Shown: positions 1-13,236, counted from the first letter of the stretch. The stretch: 64,000 nt of DNA from Ostrea edulis (GCF_947568905.1 NC_079173.1:12834001-12898000); one strand, 5' to 3'. The notes: generated by a model from the letters alone, not told the origin. A program made the numbers and translations.

Positions 1-624
1 AATTTAATGGAATGATCTTTATTTTTAAACGAATGCTAGATAAAACTCTTTGATTAGAAACTTACCGCACATTTTCCAGAAACCCATTCTAAACAGTCTA
101 AAGATACGAAATGTCCACAAAGGCAACGTTTCCAGTGTTTTCTTTTACTGCTTCATCCAGTCTTTGGTCGACCAGGTCACAGCTTGAATTATTTCCAAAT
201 TGACCAACTGCGACAGTATAAGATACTCATACAAACTGGATCTGTCTCCGATATTTTTTTTAACCTTTCCTTCTTCCCACAATTGAGAAATAGTTGACAG
301 TTATAATTTTCTTTATTTGGATATAAATGAACAATTCTGCTTTTAAAGTTTGAAATGTCTCGATATGCGTGCTTTTTAAACCTCTTTAATACCAGTGACT
401 TAATTACGGGCAATGCGCCGGACAAGCATTTAAATTAAATCAAAAATAGTTTACCCTGATCAACAAGGAAGACATCCCCTCCAAAAAACTGCAGTATTTT
501 CTGTTTTCTTTTCTGCAAAATAAGCACAGATGTTTGTTTGTCTGAGTGTTTATCGATTGGATAATACATAATAAATGTCATTTTTAACATTTCTTTAAAA
601 TATATATTATTGATTCAAAATGAA

Positions 625-2336
625 GAAGAGGCCCATTAACCACATACTAGGTCACCTTGGTGTTGTTGTTGTTCTGTTTTTGTGATTTTTAAAAGATTTT
701 TTCTTTCAATCTTTATTCCCTTGTAAGGCCAAAAGGGTTAGGATGTAACGAAACTTGGGGATGCCCCAATACCATATGAGTAACATAACTTTGCTGTCAG
801 GATTCCAGGGTCTTGTCATAAGAAATCTATATACAAATATGAAAGCTCTATCTTTGAATAGTTCAGGAGATATTGAATAAGTTAAAATTTTTCTTAAAAG
901 TAGGTCGAAGTCCATGGTTAAAATCTTTGGCGCCGTAAAGACAAACTTTGCCACAAGACATGCACTTAAAAATGTGAGAGCCCTATCACTTGCCATTCAA
1001 AACTTATCAACTAGGATAATCTTTTGGACAGACAGATAGGTAAAGAAAACGTTAATCCACACAACCTCAGAACACTTGCAACTGGATATGATTTATTTGT
1101 GGCCAAGTTACTAAGAAAATTTATTTTCATTCATGTTCTATATATTCCCATAAATAACCTTGACTTCCTGTTTTGACCCCACCCTACCCCTGGGGGTCCT
1201 AGGGTTGAACAAACCTAAGCTTGAAGTAGCTGAAGATACTAGCATATCGACTAATCGTGGTCCAGGGATTATTGAGATGAAGATTCTTAAAGATGTTTCC
1301 CTATATACATGTATTTCCATGTAAAGCTTTGATCCCGCCCTTCCTCCGGGGAATACAATTTAAAGAAACGTGAATCAGAACTACCTAGTGTTTCTTACAA
1401 ATTAATGAAAGGTGAAGATAACGAACGGTGATCAATCTCGTAACTCCTGGAAGCAATACAAAATAGAGAGTTGGGCAAACACTGACCACTGGATATACCA
1501 GAGGTGGGGTCAGGTGCCTAGGAGGCGTAAGCATCCCCTGTTGACCGCTCACACCCGCCTGATCCCTATATCTTGTTCAGGTAAACGGAGTTATCCGTAG
1601 TCAAAATCAGTGTGCCACTAATCGGTTATCATGGTTCGACTCTTCTGATATTGTTTTCCCTGTATATTCGCATGTAAAAGGTTGATCGTTTATCGTGACC
1701 ACACCCTACTTACGGGCCCCACTATTCGATCAAACTCTAACCTACACTACTAGGGGATCCTTGCATATCATGGCTCTGTCGTTATTGAGAAGAATCCTAA
1801 AAATGTATATCTGCATGTAAAACTTTAATACCCTATAGAGTCCTCACCGTACACCCAGGGCTATGATTTGGACAAACTCGAATTTGCTTTATGCCCGGAA
1901 GCTTTCATGTAAACTTCTGGCCCATTGGTTGAGTGAAGAGTTTTAAATTACTACTCTTTGTTTTCTTAATAATCCCCATTGGAGAGAGCATGACCATTCA
2001 TTTAAAAAAAAACTTTAATTCTCTAACTAAAGGATGATTTGTGGCAAGTTTGATTGAATATTGCCCAGTGGATCTTTATAAGAATATGTTTAAAAGATGC
2101 CACACATTTTTCACTACTAGTTAATCATATCCCTTGGAAAAGGATATGACTTTTGAGCAACCTTGAAATACCCAAGCATGCTTTGTGACATGTTTGGTTG
2201 ACATTAGCCCAGTGCTTTTTGAGAAGGTTAAGTCGAACATAAGAAAACATTACAGACAGAGAGGTGGACGGGCGGATAAAATGTTATCAGCATACAATGT
2301 AGCTCACTTGAACTTTCACTCGAAAGACCTGAAAAT
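625..2336 (+). mobile_element. Degraded non-autonomous Helentron-like element (HINE) with about 165-bp satellite-like monomers
   Basis: 5' aagaggccca..ccacat motif, 3' agctcacttga..ctgaaaa end, internal degenerate monomers (cccacctacccctggggg, tatcccc...ggaaaagg). Family assignment from recalled oyster repeats. Confidence 0.5.
1405..1618 (-). mobile_element. Penelope-like (Naiad-type) 3' terminal fragment, nested in a HINE
   Basis: Matches the conserved UTR ending ...gttatcttcacctttcat on the minus strand. Confidence 0.85.
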
Positions 2337-2356
2337 GTCATCACATTTTAATGTTG

Positions 2357-2618
2357 ATTGATTGAATATTGTTTAACATCCCTCTGGAGAATCTTTCACT
2401 GATATGGAGATGTCACCATTGCCGGTGAAGGGCTGTAAAATTTAGGCCTATTCTCGACGCTTATGGCCATTGAGTAGGGAGGGATCTTTATCGTGCCAAA
2501 CCTGCTGTGACACGGGACCCCAGTTTTTGCGGTCTCATTCGACGGACCGCCCCATTTAGTCGCCTCTTACGACAAGCAAGGGGTACGGAGGACCTATTCT
2601 AACCTGGATCCCCACGAG
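2357..2618 (-). mobile_element. Meta-type SINE with non-tRNA head (family A)
   Basis: Head (C)CGTGGGGATCC..GTCGTAAGAGGCGACTAA, Meta-like GGATGAGACC..AAAGATCCC body, (CAAT)n tail. Confidence 0.8.
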
Positions 2619-3299
2619 ACTTCAATATTGAATTGTTAATAGCAATTCTCCGTGACGATCAAAAAAAAAAATTCTGAAGGGGTCCGGTACGTATGGTCTC
2701 AGATTATGATAAAACTTACAGATTAAAAAAAGTACCCCACAAAATGACGGAAATCGAATATATTTCATGATGCATGGTCGCCAAGGAAGCAATAATAGTA
2801 GATACTCCAGTTCATAGCTTTAACTATAAAAACTTTTTACTGCTTTAACTATAAACACTTTTTACAAGTCCAATAACTAAAAAAACTAAAATAGCATATT
2901 CATGTCTATTTCTTTCAAAAATTCAAATTAGACAACAACGAAACGAATTACAAATGCATTCTAAAAACACAAGAATAAAGTCTGAATTTCCTCTGCTAAA
3001 ATGCATATTATTTTATGCCAAAATGCACATTTTTTATGATAATGGTAACGTTCTTATTACTTATCACATCTTGATCAAAGGGAACATATGTTTTCAGATG
3101 AAATAATATTCAAATAGATTTTTGGATGATCATTCATGCCAAAGGTCACAGTCGGCACATGTAGATAAGATCAATAAGGCAATTTATACTTTTCTTGTAT
3201 GTGCACATGGACATTCCTTTTAAGAAGGGAAATTAACTTAAAATTAACTTTATCAAAATGGTATAAAAAATTGAAACAGGATTTTTTCAATGCATAACT

Positions 3300-4075
3300 T
3301 GTTAATGTCCCCGCTACAAAGTGGTTGGGGAATACAGATTTACCTTTGCCCGCAACACCCAGTTTATTCTGATTTTTTCCCCTAAACGCCTTGAGATATT
3401 GAACTAATTTTTCGTATACAGGTATATATTGATAAGATGGCATCGAGTTTGAGTTTTGTTCCAGTTCATTGATTATAGATGGAGTAAAGCCCCTTTCACA
3501 AATTTTTTAAAATAATTTTACGACGAGTTCGGACTTTTTTCCAAACACCATGAGATATTGAACTGACATTTTGTATGCAGATGCACATTGATGAGTTACA
3601 AATCGGGTTTGGGTTTTCTTCCGGTTCATCGATTTTAGATGGTGCTGTGAACCTCCAATATAGAGAAATTGCAGTCGCGATCGGTTTTCCGGACTTTTTT
3701 TCTAAACAGTTTAAAACCCTGAGATATGGAAATTTTTTTGCAGATGTATATTGATGAGTTACAGATTGAATTCTAGTTTTGTTCCCGTTTGTTGATTTTT
3801 CGATGGAGTTGTGTCCCTTTAACTTAGAAAAAATTACTGTTATTACCAGTTTTCCGGACTTTTTTCTAAATGTCTGGAGATATTGAATTGATTTTTTGTA
3901 TGCAGATGTATATTGACGAGTTACAGATCGAGTTTTGTTCCTGTTCGCTGATTTCGGTGGAGTTACCCCCCCCCCCCCCTTTGACGTAGAATAAATAATG
4001 TAATTATCTTTTATGGTCGTTGTTGTAGAATTCTCCATTGCACTAAATGTGTGTCACATACAATCTGAATACCAC
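3300..4075 (-). mobile_element. HINE-like element with 4 tandem monomers of about 160 bp
   Basis: GAGATAT anchor at 3393, 3552, 3721, 3877. Terminal hairpin tgtccccgc..ggggaata near 3325-3350. Confidence 0.6.
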
Positions 4076-4732
4076 ATTCAATGGTATGCTTCGATGAATA
4101 CCCTACATTTGACATTACTACATTTGTGTCGTACCGACACATCTAGTCTTAGTATTTTAAAGCTTTCCTAGAAAAGATCAGCAAAATTGATACCCAAAAT
4201 TTTCAATATTTCCTAGTATTGCTCATGAAAATTTACAGTAAGTTTCCTTGGAATTGAATCATATGTTTTGTAATGTTTTGTAATGGAACTGTGAAACATT
4301 GCTAAACACTGTTACATTTTGGAAAAAAAGACCACTTTAAGACTTGATAAAATCATTAAATTGGGGTTTATCTAAACTGACTTGACAGATCTAGATACTT
4401 GGGATTCCTTCTGACTGCGCATCCTGGTTATGTACGATGTATGTCTGGCTAGTCGACATTAACTGATGTAAACTAAATTACATACAAATGTAGAAACCGC
4501 ATGTAGAATGAACATCTCCATTACACACATATATCACATACATACACATATGCATCCAAAATACTCCAATTCTTGATAATTTGTCTACTAGAAAGTTACA
4601 CCTAATACAGGTCAAAGGTATTGATAAAAAAACTCATTTTCCAATATATGTGCAATTTTCCCAGTATTCCACATGATCCGAGCATGTATAATACATATTG
4701 TGGGCCGAGTGATAAAACTGCCTCATAGCATG

Positions 4733-4985
4733 GCGGGGGTGTAGGTTAGAATAGGTCTTCAGTACCCCTTGGTTGTCGTAAGAGGCGACTAAATGGGGCA
4801 GTCCTCTGAATGAGACCGCAAAACCCGAGGTCCCGTGTCACAACAGGTGTGGCACAATAAAATCTCCTACCTGCTCAAAGGTCGTAAGCGTCGAGCATAG
4901 GCCTAAATTTTGCAATCCTTCACCGGCGATGATGACGTCTTCGTGTAAGCAGAAAATGTTAAAGAATATGCAACCAACCAAATAA
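4733..4985 (+). mobile_element. Meta-type SINE family A
   Basis: Same body and tail as 2357-2618, degenerate head. Confidence 0.8.
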
Positions 4986-5184
4986 AAAAAAATAATATAA
5001 CACATTCAATTTCTACTATTCCTTTCATTTATTAAATTTTCAAAAATGTGTTGTGCAATATCAGGATAAGTTTAATATGTTGAAGTTGGGGGGGGGGGGT
5101 AGTCCAGAGCAGAAATTGTTGCAAACCATATACAAGAAAGTTACATGCAGGATTTTTCTCCAATTAACACTGATACAGATCGCG

Positions 5185-5435
5185 GAAGCTTAGAGGTAGT
5201 GTGTTTGCTTAGGAACTGATCGGTCGTGAGTTTGAGTCCCGCTTGTGACATAGCCGCGTAAACATAGGTGGTGATTGTTCCTTCGCCAAGCGCTCAGGAT
5301 TATACAGTGAGAATCACGGGTCTTTCGGATTTGACCTTAAAAACGGAGGTCCTGTGTCCCTGCTACAGCCCTGAGCGATCAGCATAGGTCTAAATTTGTG
5401 GTGCTTCACACCTACAACTGGTGACGTTTCAGTAT
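5185..5435 (+). mobile_element. Degraded tRNA-headed Meta-type SINE (family B)
   Basis: B-box-like gagtttgagtccc, gaccttaaaaacggaggtcc body, ggtgacgtttc tail remnant. Confidence 0.6.
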
Positions 5436-5660
5436 AGTGCTTTTTCTATATTAATAGCTCGTTATTATAGGATCGAGCCACTTTTCGGAGCAAGTGTAAA
5501 GTTTTTAAAGAGTTTTTATATTTCAGATGAATTATGACATTTACAGTAGAAAATTTTTCAGTACGTGTAGCAATATTTTGCTCGTTACAGAGAATTGCTT
5601 TTAAACTCGTATATAATTCTTTTATATTTTATTTCATTTTACATGTTATAGTACTTTAAA

Positions 5661-6394
5661 TACAAGATTGCTACACGTAGCCATGTCCCCCACCGCCGCA
5701 AAAAAAGTTGAAGAACAAAAGTCCCATAACTCCCGTAAAATCACAATGGCGGCGCATCATGATCAACTACATATGGTGACTAACAATCATACAAAATTTG
5801 AACAAAATCTGATGAGCGGTGTCAGAGGAGTTGCGTCCACAAATTGTTTCTATAGTGTAACAGGGGATGCTTACTCTTCCTAGGCACCTGATCCCACCTC
5901 TGGTGTGTCCAGGGGTCCGTGTTTGCCCAACTATCTATTTTGTATTGCTTGTAGGAGTTATGAGATTGATCACTGTTCGTTATCTTCACCTTGCATATAC
6001 AAATTCAACAAAGTTCCATAACTTCTGTAAAATTTGTCGAATCAAAATGACGGCACAATATGATCAACTACATATCGTGACTAACAATCCTACAGAATTT
6101 GAGCAAATTCCGTTGAGCGGTTTTTGATGAGTTGCGTCCACAAAGTGTTTCAATAGTGTAGCATGTACAAATTCAACAAAGTTCCATAATTCCTGTGAAA
6201 ATAGTCAAATCAATATTGCGACAGAAAATGGTCAACTACACATGGTAACTAACAATCCTACAGATTATGAACAAAATATGTTGAGCGGTTTCTGAGGAGT
6301 TGCGTCCACAAAGTGAAGTGGGACGGACGGACGGACAGACGCACGGACACCGGTATTTCTATGTCCCCTTCGACATTGCAGTTGGGGGCAAAAA
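5661..6394 (+). mobile_element. HINE-like element with 3 tandem 168-bp monomers
   Basis: 5' subTIR tgtccccca, 3' (GGAC)n plus hairpin tgtcccc...tgggggca. gttgcgtccacaaa recurs at 5830, 6131 and 6299 (168-bp period once the nested insert is removed). Confidence 0.7.
5862..5996 (+). mobile_element. Naiad-type 3' terminal fragment inserted in HINE monomer 1
   Basis: aggggatgcttactc...cttcaccttgcat. The empty site is visible in monomer 2. Confidence 0.9.
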
Positions 6395-7069
6395 TATGCA
6401 GAGATTCTCAGGGTGACGTCGAAGTGGATACGAGCGTGAAATGGCACGAACATTGTGCAACTGTTCGTTGAAAAACGTGATATTTAGTGTTTATTCAAAA
6501 CATTTGCCCAAGAAACCCAATAAAACCGATTCATGGTATCAATTTCTCTCCTAACTCTTTTGACACGATCTTCCTATTCTCCGTAAACTTATTTACATTA
6601 GCAACGTAAAGTAGTACGACAACACGTGGTCACTTCCGGGAAATAAACCATGGTTTTATATGTAAGAAATGAAATAAACATACCTTATTCATTTCCTTCA
6701 TTAAATCACCATGGAAATTATGTTGTTAAATATGTGATTGGACAGCTTTAGTCAACAATTTTCCTTTTATCTGAAGATTGACGTCACATCTTGTGCCTCC
6801 TGGGTGCTAAGGGGATGCGCTATTATAATAGAATATGCCGGCGTAGAACCCTGGGTTTTCCATTACTGGTATGGTGCTATGGTGCTTCGGTTTCATCTCA
6901 CATCTAGACATATTAGCGCCAACATCCGGTTATCAAACACCATTGGAAGTGTGTTTTCTATGTTTCTTGGGTTATTTTTGGTATATACGTATATTTGTAT
7001 GTATATACCGGATGAACATTTATCCATCACTGTTTCGTAATCTTCACCTTTTCATTTATCTAATTGTTG

Positions 7070-7412
7070 GTTGAATGATTGACTGTTTTATTTTACATCC
7101 CGTCGAGAATTTTTCACTCGAATCGAGACGTCACCAGCTTTAGGTGAAGTACTCCAATTGTAGACCTATGCCTATCGCTTAGAGACGTAGCAGTGAGAGG
7201 TCTCTAACGTGCCAACGCCTGTCGCGACACAGGACCTCCGTTTTCGAGGTCCCGTGATTCTCACTTCTAAATGTTGAGCGTTTTGTGAAGGAGCGATCAC
7301 CACCTACAGCGTATGTTAACGTCATCGGCTTGAGGTGGCCATGGTACGAGCAGGGCTTCAACTCACGATTTCCCATTTATAAAGTGAACGCTCTACCACC
7401 GAGGTACCGCGA
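7070..7412 (-). mobile_element. tRNA-headed Meta-type SINE (family B)
   Basis: tRNA-like head near 7345-7410, Meta body, GGTGACGTCTC..ATTCTCGA tail. Confidence 0.7.
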
Positions 7413-8459
7413 CAGTCCTCTAATTAATTTCCCTGCTATTTAGTCAAAGACTTCCGCTCGGAGGAATACAAGTACAGTTAGCATTTCAGCTGGATTGGTG
7501 CACTATGACCTATTTAGGGGTAGAAGCAGATCACACAATTTCCCAATTTTTATTTCGATATGGTCACAGGTATTGCTCTGAAATCTTGTCACAACCTTCC
7601 TCTCAGAGAAATACATAATCAGTTCATATTTCAAACATTTCAACTTAATAGGCGCACCATGACCTACTTTAGGGTTAAAAGTAGATCAAATGGTTTCCTG
7701 GACTTTTTATCATCATAGATATTGCACCGACATTTGTCACAACCTCCCTCTCAGAGAAATAAATAATCAGTTCACATGTCAGATGGATTGGTGCACCGTG
7801 ACCCACTTTAAGGCTTTTCTATTCAGAATATGTGTTGTATCAATTCAGGGTGCATGGTATGCCTCTAGGTTGAATTTCACTGTTCCGACGGGCGTACATG
7901 TATAAAATACCGTTTGCGGTACTCTTGTTATTATTGATGTCTTGGGTGGAAATCCTAGTTGATGTAATGATTTGTTTAAGGCTCCCCTTGCGAAGCATAT
8001 TCCATGCTTGACCAATCACATCGTGCCATTAGGATGTGTTGGTCGGTCCTTTTTGTTTGCTTGAAGTGAATAGACCGCGCATTTCATTTTTTTTTTAAAT
8101 TATTCTATACCACCCCCTCTTCTACGTTCGGTTCGATTTATTTGTAAAACCCACCTTATTTAATTGCAGGCAGGTCTATTTCAATATTTCATCATGTGTT
8201 ATAGGGGTTGGGGGTGTCAGATTGAATAATCATACCTATGGGATACATATATTCTTGTATGTTTTTCTCTCGAGTCATCCTGAGCTCCACTACTGTAATT
8301 TGTTATATAACTTAGACATTTTCAAAATAAAGGATCTCTTTGTACTCATATGAATATCCTGGTCCACTGCCTTTATGAAGTATATTATGTAACAAACAAT
8401 CGCTACATGTCAAGCTCATAATACAATTATAGTAACTAAGGAAAATAATGTCTCCTGAT

Positions 8460-8720
8460 CCTGTGGGGATCCGGGTTAGAATAGGTCCTCAGTACCCCTT
8501 GCTTGTCGTAAGAGGAGACTAAATGGGGCGGTCCTTCGGATGAGACCGCAAAAAACCGAGGCCCGTGTCACAAAAGGTGTGGCACGATAAAGATCCCTCC
8601 CCTGCTCAAATCCGTAAGCGCCGAGCACATTGGGCCTAAATGTAGCCCTTCACCGGCAATGTTGACGTCTCCATGGGAAGGAAAAATTCTCGAGAGGGAC
8701 GTTGGGCAATATACAATATA
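8460..8720 (+). mobile_element. Meta-type SINE family A
   Basis: cctgtggggatccgggttagaatagg...attctcgagagggacgtt. Confidence 0.85.
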
Positions 8721-8959
8721 AATATCTCCTGTTATGATTTGACGCCTTTATAAATGTAAGCAGGTCATCTTATTGACCATTGATTCCATTGTACTTATCA
8801 AAAATGTTGGAACACATTTTGTGTTATTAATTGACTAGACGTTTTGACATCATAAAAATGGAAATATTGATATCTTGTGGCCAGTCATCAGTCATTCAAA
8901 ATAAAAATAATTTATAAAACAGTATTTTGATTCTATGTACAAGAATTCTGAAGTTGATA

Positions 8960-9245
8960 TCAAAGAGATACTGGAGTTCCCCCTTGGCAATGTCTGCGTA
9001 GTCTTAGGCTTTCTAACAGTCTGTTGGAATTCCCATGGGCACAGGGTTTACTCCCTTATCATTTAACCTGTTTGTATACTCGTACGAGCCAGAATTTATT
9101 GAAAAACTTCTACGTTGGAAGAAAACACTTAGTTGCAGCCATCAACTCGACATTGATTCTAGATAATTATATAAATTTTAGATATATTGACGACGCTTTG
9201 TTGATTAAAAATAATCATTTTTATTCATATGTCATTGGATATTTG
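8960..9245 (+). mobile_element. Penelope-like RT core remnant
   Basis: Frameshifted GIPMG...LFVYSYEPEFI and FRYIDDALLIKNN motifs. Confidence 0.8.
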
Positions 9246-9747
9246 CGTTTCTGTGTTGTTTGTCAGAGTGCATAGACAATCAAACATGGAAATCCGATTC
9301 CCAGAATTGCTGACGATTTAGACGCTCAAAATCTGAATCAAAATGTTTTACTATATATACATCACTGGATTCAAATTTCGCTTATCTTCAAACTCCGATG
9401 CTTGAAGGTTACAAAGAGGAAACTGCATTTGCAACACCACGAGATAGATATTACACCGATATTAAGCAATCACCGGATTACAACAAAGCTCAGCGGTTTT
9501 TGTTTTTGTTTTTTGTGCCTTTTCATTGGTTTTGGATAGCACCCGGGAAATTTTGAGCAATTCGTATGAATAATGAACGCGGGAAAGACAGAAAATGGAT
9601 TATAAAAACCAGTACAATGTATGGTACTTAAAGCTTGCAATATATATTATAAATATGTTATCAAATTTCGTTTAGAAAAGAGATATGTAACAGTTCAGTT
9701 TATTTCTTTCTCGGGATATGAAAGCAGAGACTGTAGAAAATACCATA

Positions 9748-10203
9748 CTCCGTGAATGGATCAAAAAGTGAAGATATCGAAGAGTGACCTCCGTGAATGG
9801 ATCAAAAAGTGAAGATATCGAAGAGTGACCTCCGTGAATGGATCAAAAAGTGAAGATATCAAACAGTGACCTCCGTGAATGAAACAAAAAGTGAAGATAT
9901 CGAAGAGTGACCTCCGTGAATGGATCAAAAAGTGAAGATATCGAAGAGTGACCTCCGTGAATGGATCAAAAAGTGAAGATATCAAACAGTGACCTCCGTG
10001 AATGGATCAAAAAGTGAAGATATCGAAGAGTGACTTCCGTGAATGGATCAAAAAGTGAAGATATCAAACAGTGACCTCCGTGAATGGAACAAAAAGTGAA
10101 GATATCGAAGAGTGACCTCCGTGAATGGATCAAAAAGTGAAGATATCGAAGAGTGACCTCCGTTAATGGATCAAAAAGTGAAGATATCAAACAGTGACCA
10201 ATC
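9748..10203. repeat. 41-bp minisatellite, 11 copies, derived from the Naiad terminus
   Basis: Unit ctccgtgaatggatcaaaaagtgaagatatcgaagagtgac with two alternating variants. Confidence 0.95.
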
Positions 10204-11229
10204 GAATTAAGTGTTAATAGGAGATGGACGGCTATATTTATGATCTACATCATTAATTTTTTCAGCCAAATATTCTTCATGAAAAAATTATATCTACATC
10301 AGTCCTCATGAAAACCTTTGTTAGACAATATCCAAAATGGCTCTATATTTAACTTGAAACTCTTCTTTCTTCTTTTCTTTCTTCTTTTTTCTGTTCTTTT
10401 TCTTCTGTATTAAAAACAACTTTCACATCAACGTGTGTACATGTATATATGTCTATGTGTTTGTTGGTGTATATGTATGTACATGTATGGAGATGTGTAT
10501 ATGTATGCAGATGAATATGTGATATATTAATTTGATACAAAATGTGATAATTGAATAAATATTACGAATAAAAAGATATCTCTACTTAACTCAAACACCC
10601 CAACAAAATTTGTCAGTTGGACAGACGCATTTCTGATTAATTGTCACATCTACATACTATGGACAAACGTATTCGTACGCTTAAACGTGTTTATCAAGTA
10701 TCGAATACAGCGGGTGATCTCCCTTTGCACAGACATGAACTATCCTATCACCGATCATGTATGTTTGTATTTTTAAGGTAGCTCATTACACCAAAATTTT
10801 ATCTAATGGCTCGTTAAAACACCTCTAGTGAAGTATGATTTCACCACCATCGAAAGAGTGATACAAGCTCTCAAGTATTTTATATGAATTTTTTGTGAAT
10901 TTTCCCGGAATGATAAAAAGGGTGGGTTTTTTTTAAAAGCAAATAAGAGATTATTGAGTCCAAATTTCGTTGTGATTAGGTGCATGATATGAATATCTAA
11001 TAAAATATTCCTAAAAGTCTCAGATATAAACGTTCTATTTTCGTTTAGAAAAATATATTTATAAAAATTGAAAATGGTATTTGTTTATATTTTTGGAATC
11101 TACGGGGCAAGTTCAAAGTTCATTTCTTTTCACTCACACCATCAATCAGTGGTGCTTGAGTTACAATAGATAAAAGACAATGATAAGTCGTCGTAATGAT
11201 TCGCGATTAGAAAAGAAGATTGAATAATA

Positions 11230-12640
11230 ATTAAGAAAATACAAGAGATGGGCACATTATAGCTACAAACAAAGGAAAAGAAAAAGTAAGAGATACAAGT
11301 TATGGAGGACAGACTGCATCATAAATTTTAGTTGTGAAGACACAGAGCTTTTTCAACGATTTAAAACTTGTGTTTGATATAATCTCACTAAACTTAAGTA
11401 TATTCGACTTATTACAAAATCTTGGATGTGAAAACGTTTTCCTGATACTAGCTAATAATTTGCATTCTAACATAAAATGGAACTCGTCTGCTATTTTACC
11501 TGAGTTACATAATGTACAAAGTCTTTCGTTAAGTGGAATATTTGACCATCTGCCAGTCTCACAACGAAGTTGAAAGTTTGTAGTTCTTTTCATCAGTATT
11601 TTTCTGAATTTATTCGGTAAAATGCTCAGATATTTTTCACATCCAAAATTAGACTTGAATTTTTCATAGATTTGACCTTGTGATGAGCTGTTTATATCAC
11701 TATACCATTTTTGGATGAATTGCTCACTTATTCTTTATTTAAGACCTGCAACAGACCACCTCCTATCAATGAAATTTTGCTCATACAAAATTTTTGAAAA
11801 TCCGCAAGATGATACAATTTTGTACATAAACTCTACCCATTAAATATTTTAACTCCCTGAGAATATTGCGAATATAAATATTTATATAATATAGATTTGT
11901 TTTCCGAATTAGTAATCTTATCCAGGAAGAAATCATCCTTGTATATATTTGCATATACAATGGGAAGCGCCCAGTCTCACCATATACCATATAAGACGAG
12001 GTACTACTCTTTAAATGGAAAAAAATGCTTTAGAAATTTTGAGTGTATCCATCCAATGATTTCAACATTTTTATATCTCAAATTTCACAGTCATATTTCA
12101 AAATTGGTACACTGACTTTATCAAAAAGATCCAGCTGAGACACCATATATTGCCCTTTGTGCCTGTTCACATGAGTGTTTTAGCCTTACAAGGAAAAACC
12201 TGAGCGGGAAAATAATATCCCTAATTATTTAAATTCTTTCACGTTTCAACACCACTGTTATTATAATAAAACAACGTTTTTTGCAAAGGACCTTTAGAAA
12301 ATGCTAAAATCTTTGTCTCACTGACATTAACATTAAGTTTCCATTCTGAACAATACAAATAAAAACCATTAAATGTATTTTGCAAATCAATATCTGTGTC
12401 AGCCATGATAACAGCATCATATGCATATAACAACACGAAAAGTTTTAAATACTTGTACAATTCATCTTCTATTGCATCTGTTATACTTTGTAAACCAATG
12501 ATATTTCTATCCAGTAGAAACCCCTCTAGGTCATTAATGTTAAATGAAAATAAAAATGGTGAACATTTTTCACCTTCGCGTACCCCGACATTACAGTTAA
12601 AATAATTTGTAGTTGTGCCATTTGAACGAACCGTAGATTT
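11230..12640 (-). mobile_element. 5'-truncated non-LTR retrotransposon (LINE) remnant, clade unresolved
   Basis: RT motifs GVREGE.SPFLF..INDL and LYA.D.VI (degenerate YADD), YGETGRFPL, C-terminal CTLC..DEFHFMLEC knuckle. Frameshifted. Confidence 0.85.
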
Positions 12641-13236
12641 AATTCCTACATAAAAGGTGAAGATAACGAACAGTGATCAATCTCATAACTCCTATAAGCA
12701 ATACAAAATAGATAGTTAGGCAAACATGGACCCCTGGACACACCAGAGGTGGGATCAGGTGCCTAGGAGGAGTAAGCATCCCCTGTAGACCGGTCACACT
12801 CGCTGTGAGCCCTATGTCGTAATCAGCCAAACGGAGTTGTCCGTAGTCGAAATCAATGTGCCCAAAACGGTTTAACAATCGGTATGAAACACGTCAGACA
12901 GCACTTGACCCAATGATAGGTTGTATTGGCAAACTAGATCGTTATAACGACTATATAATTTGCGAAATGTTGACTTTAAAAGAGACTGTTGGAACACCTG
13001 TACCATCAACTTCTTTGTCAATAACTTGCCTCGATTTAAAAACCGACCATATGCAGAACAAGCTCTTGCGTATCAAATCAGTTAAGAGATGTAAACACCA
13101 TATTCATGTGATAATGGAATATTGCTACATAAATATGGGATGCTGACGATGGAGAAGCTGAAATCATCACATTTGTCATAAAGTTTTCGAGTTCACAAGG
13201 ATGTATCAACATATTAGTGAAAGTTATAATTGTTAA

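Noticed and set aside
66-425. Possible minus-strand exon or pseudogene (78-aa ORF, gtaag donor at 65, short MGFWKMC start)
   Set aside because: Every frame is interrupted by stops, there is no recognisable domain, and the partner exons would lie outside the window.
5867-6127. Recurrent small ORFs MLTPPRHLIPPLVCPGVRVC... and MKITNSDQSHNSYKQYKI...
   Set aside because: They are chance translations of the Naiad 3' UTR on either strand, downstream of the RT stop, with varying frames among copies.
8460-8530. Canonical HDV-like, twister or hammerhead ribozyme in the SINE A head
   Set aside because: Manual fitting did not yield complete P1/P2/P3 or the twister and hammerhead cores. It is kept only as an untested structured head.
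9748-10203. CRISPR-like array
   Set aside because: Eukaryotic context, no unique spacers and no cas genes. It is a plain tandem repeat, and the same holds for the other arrays.
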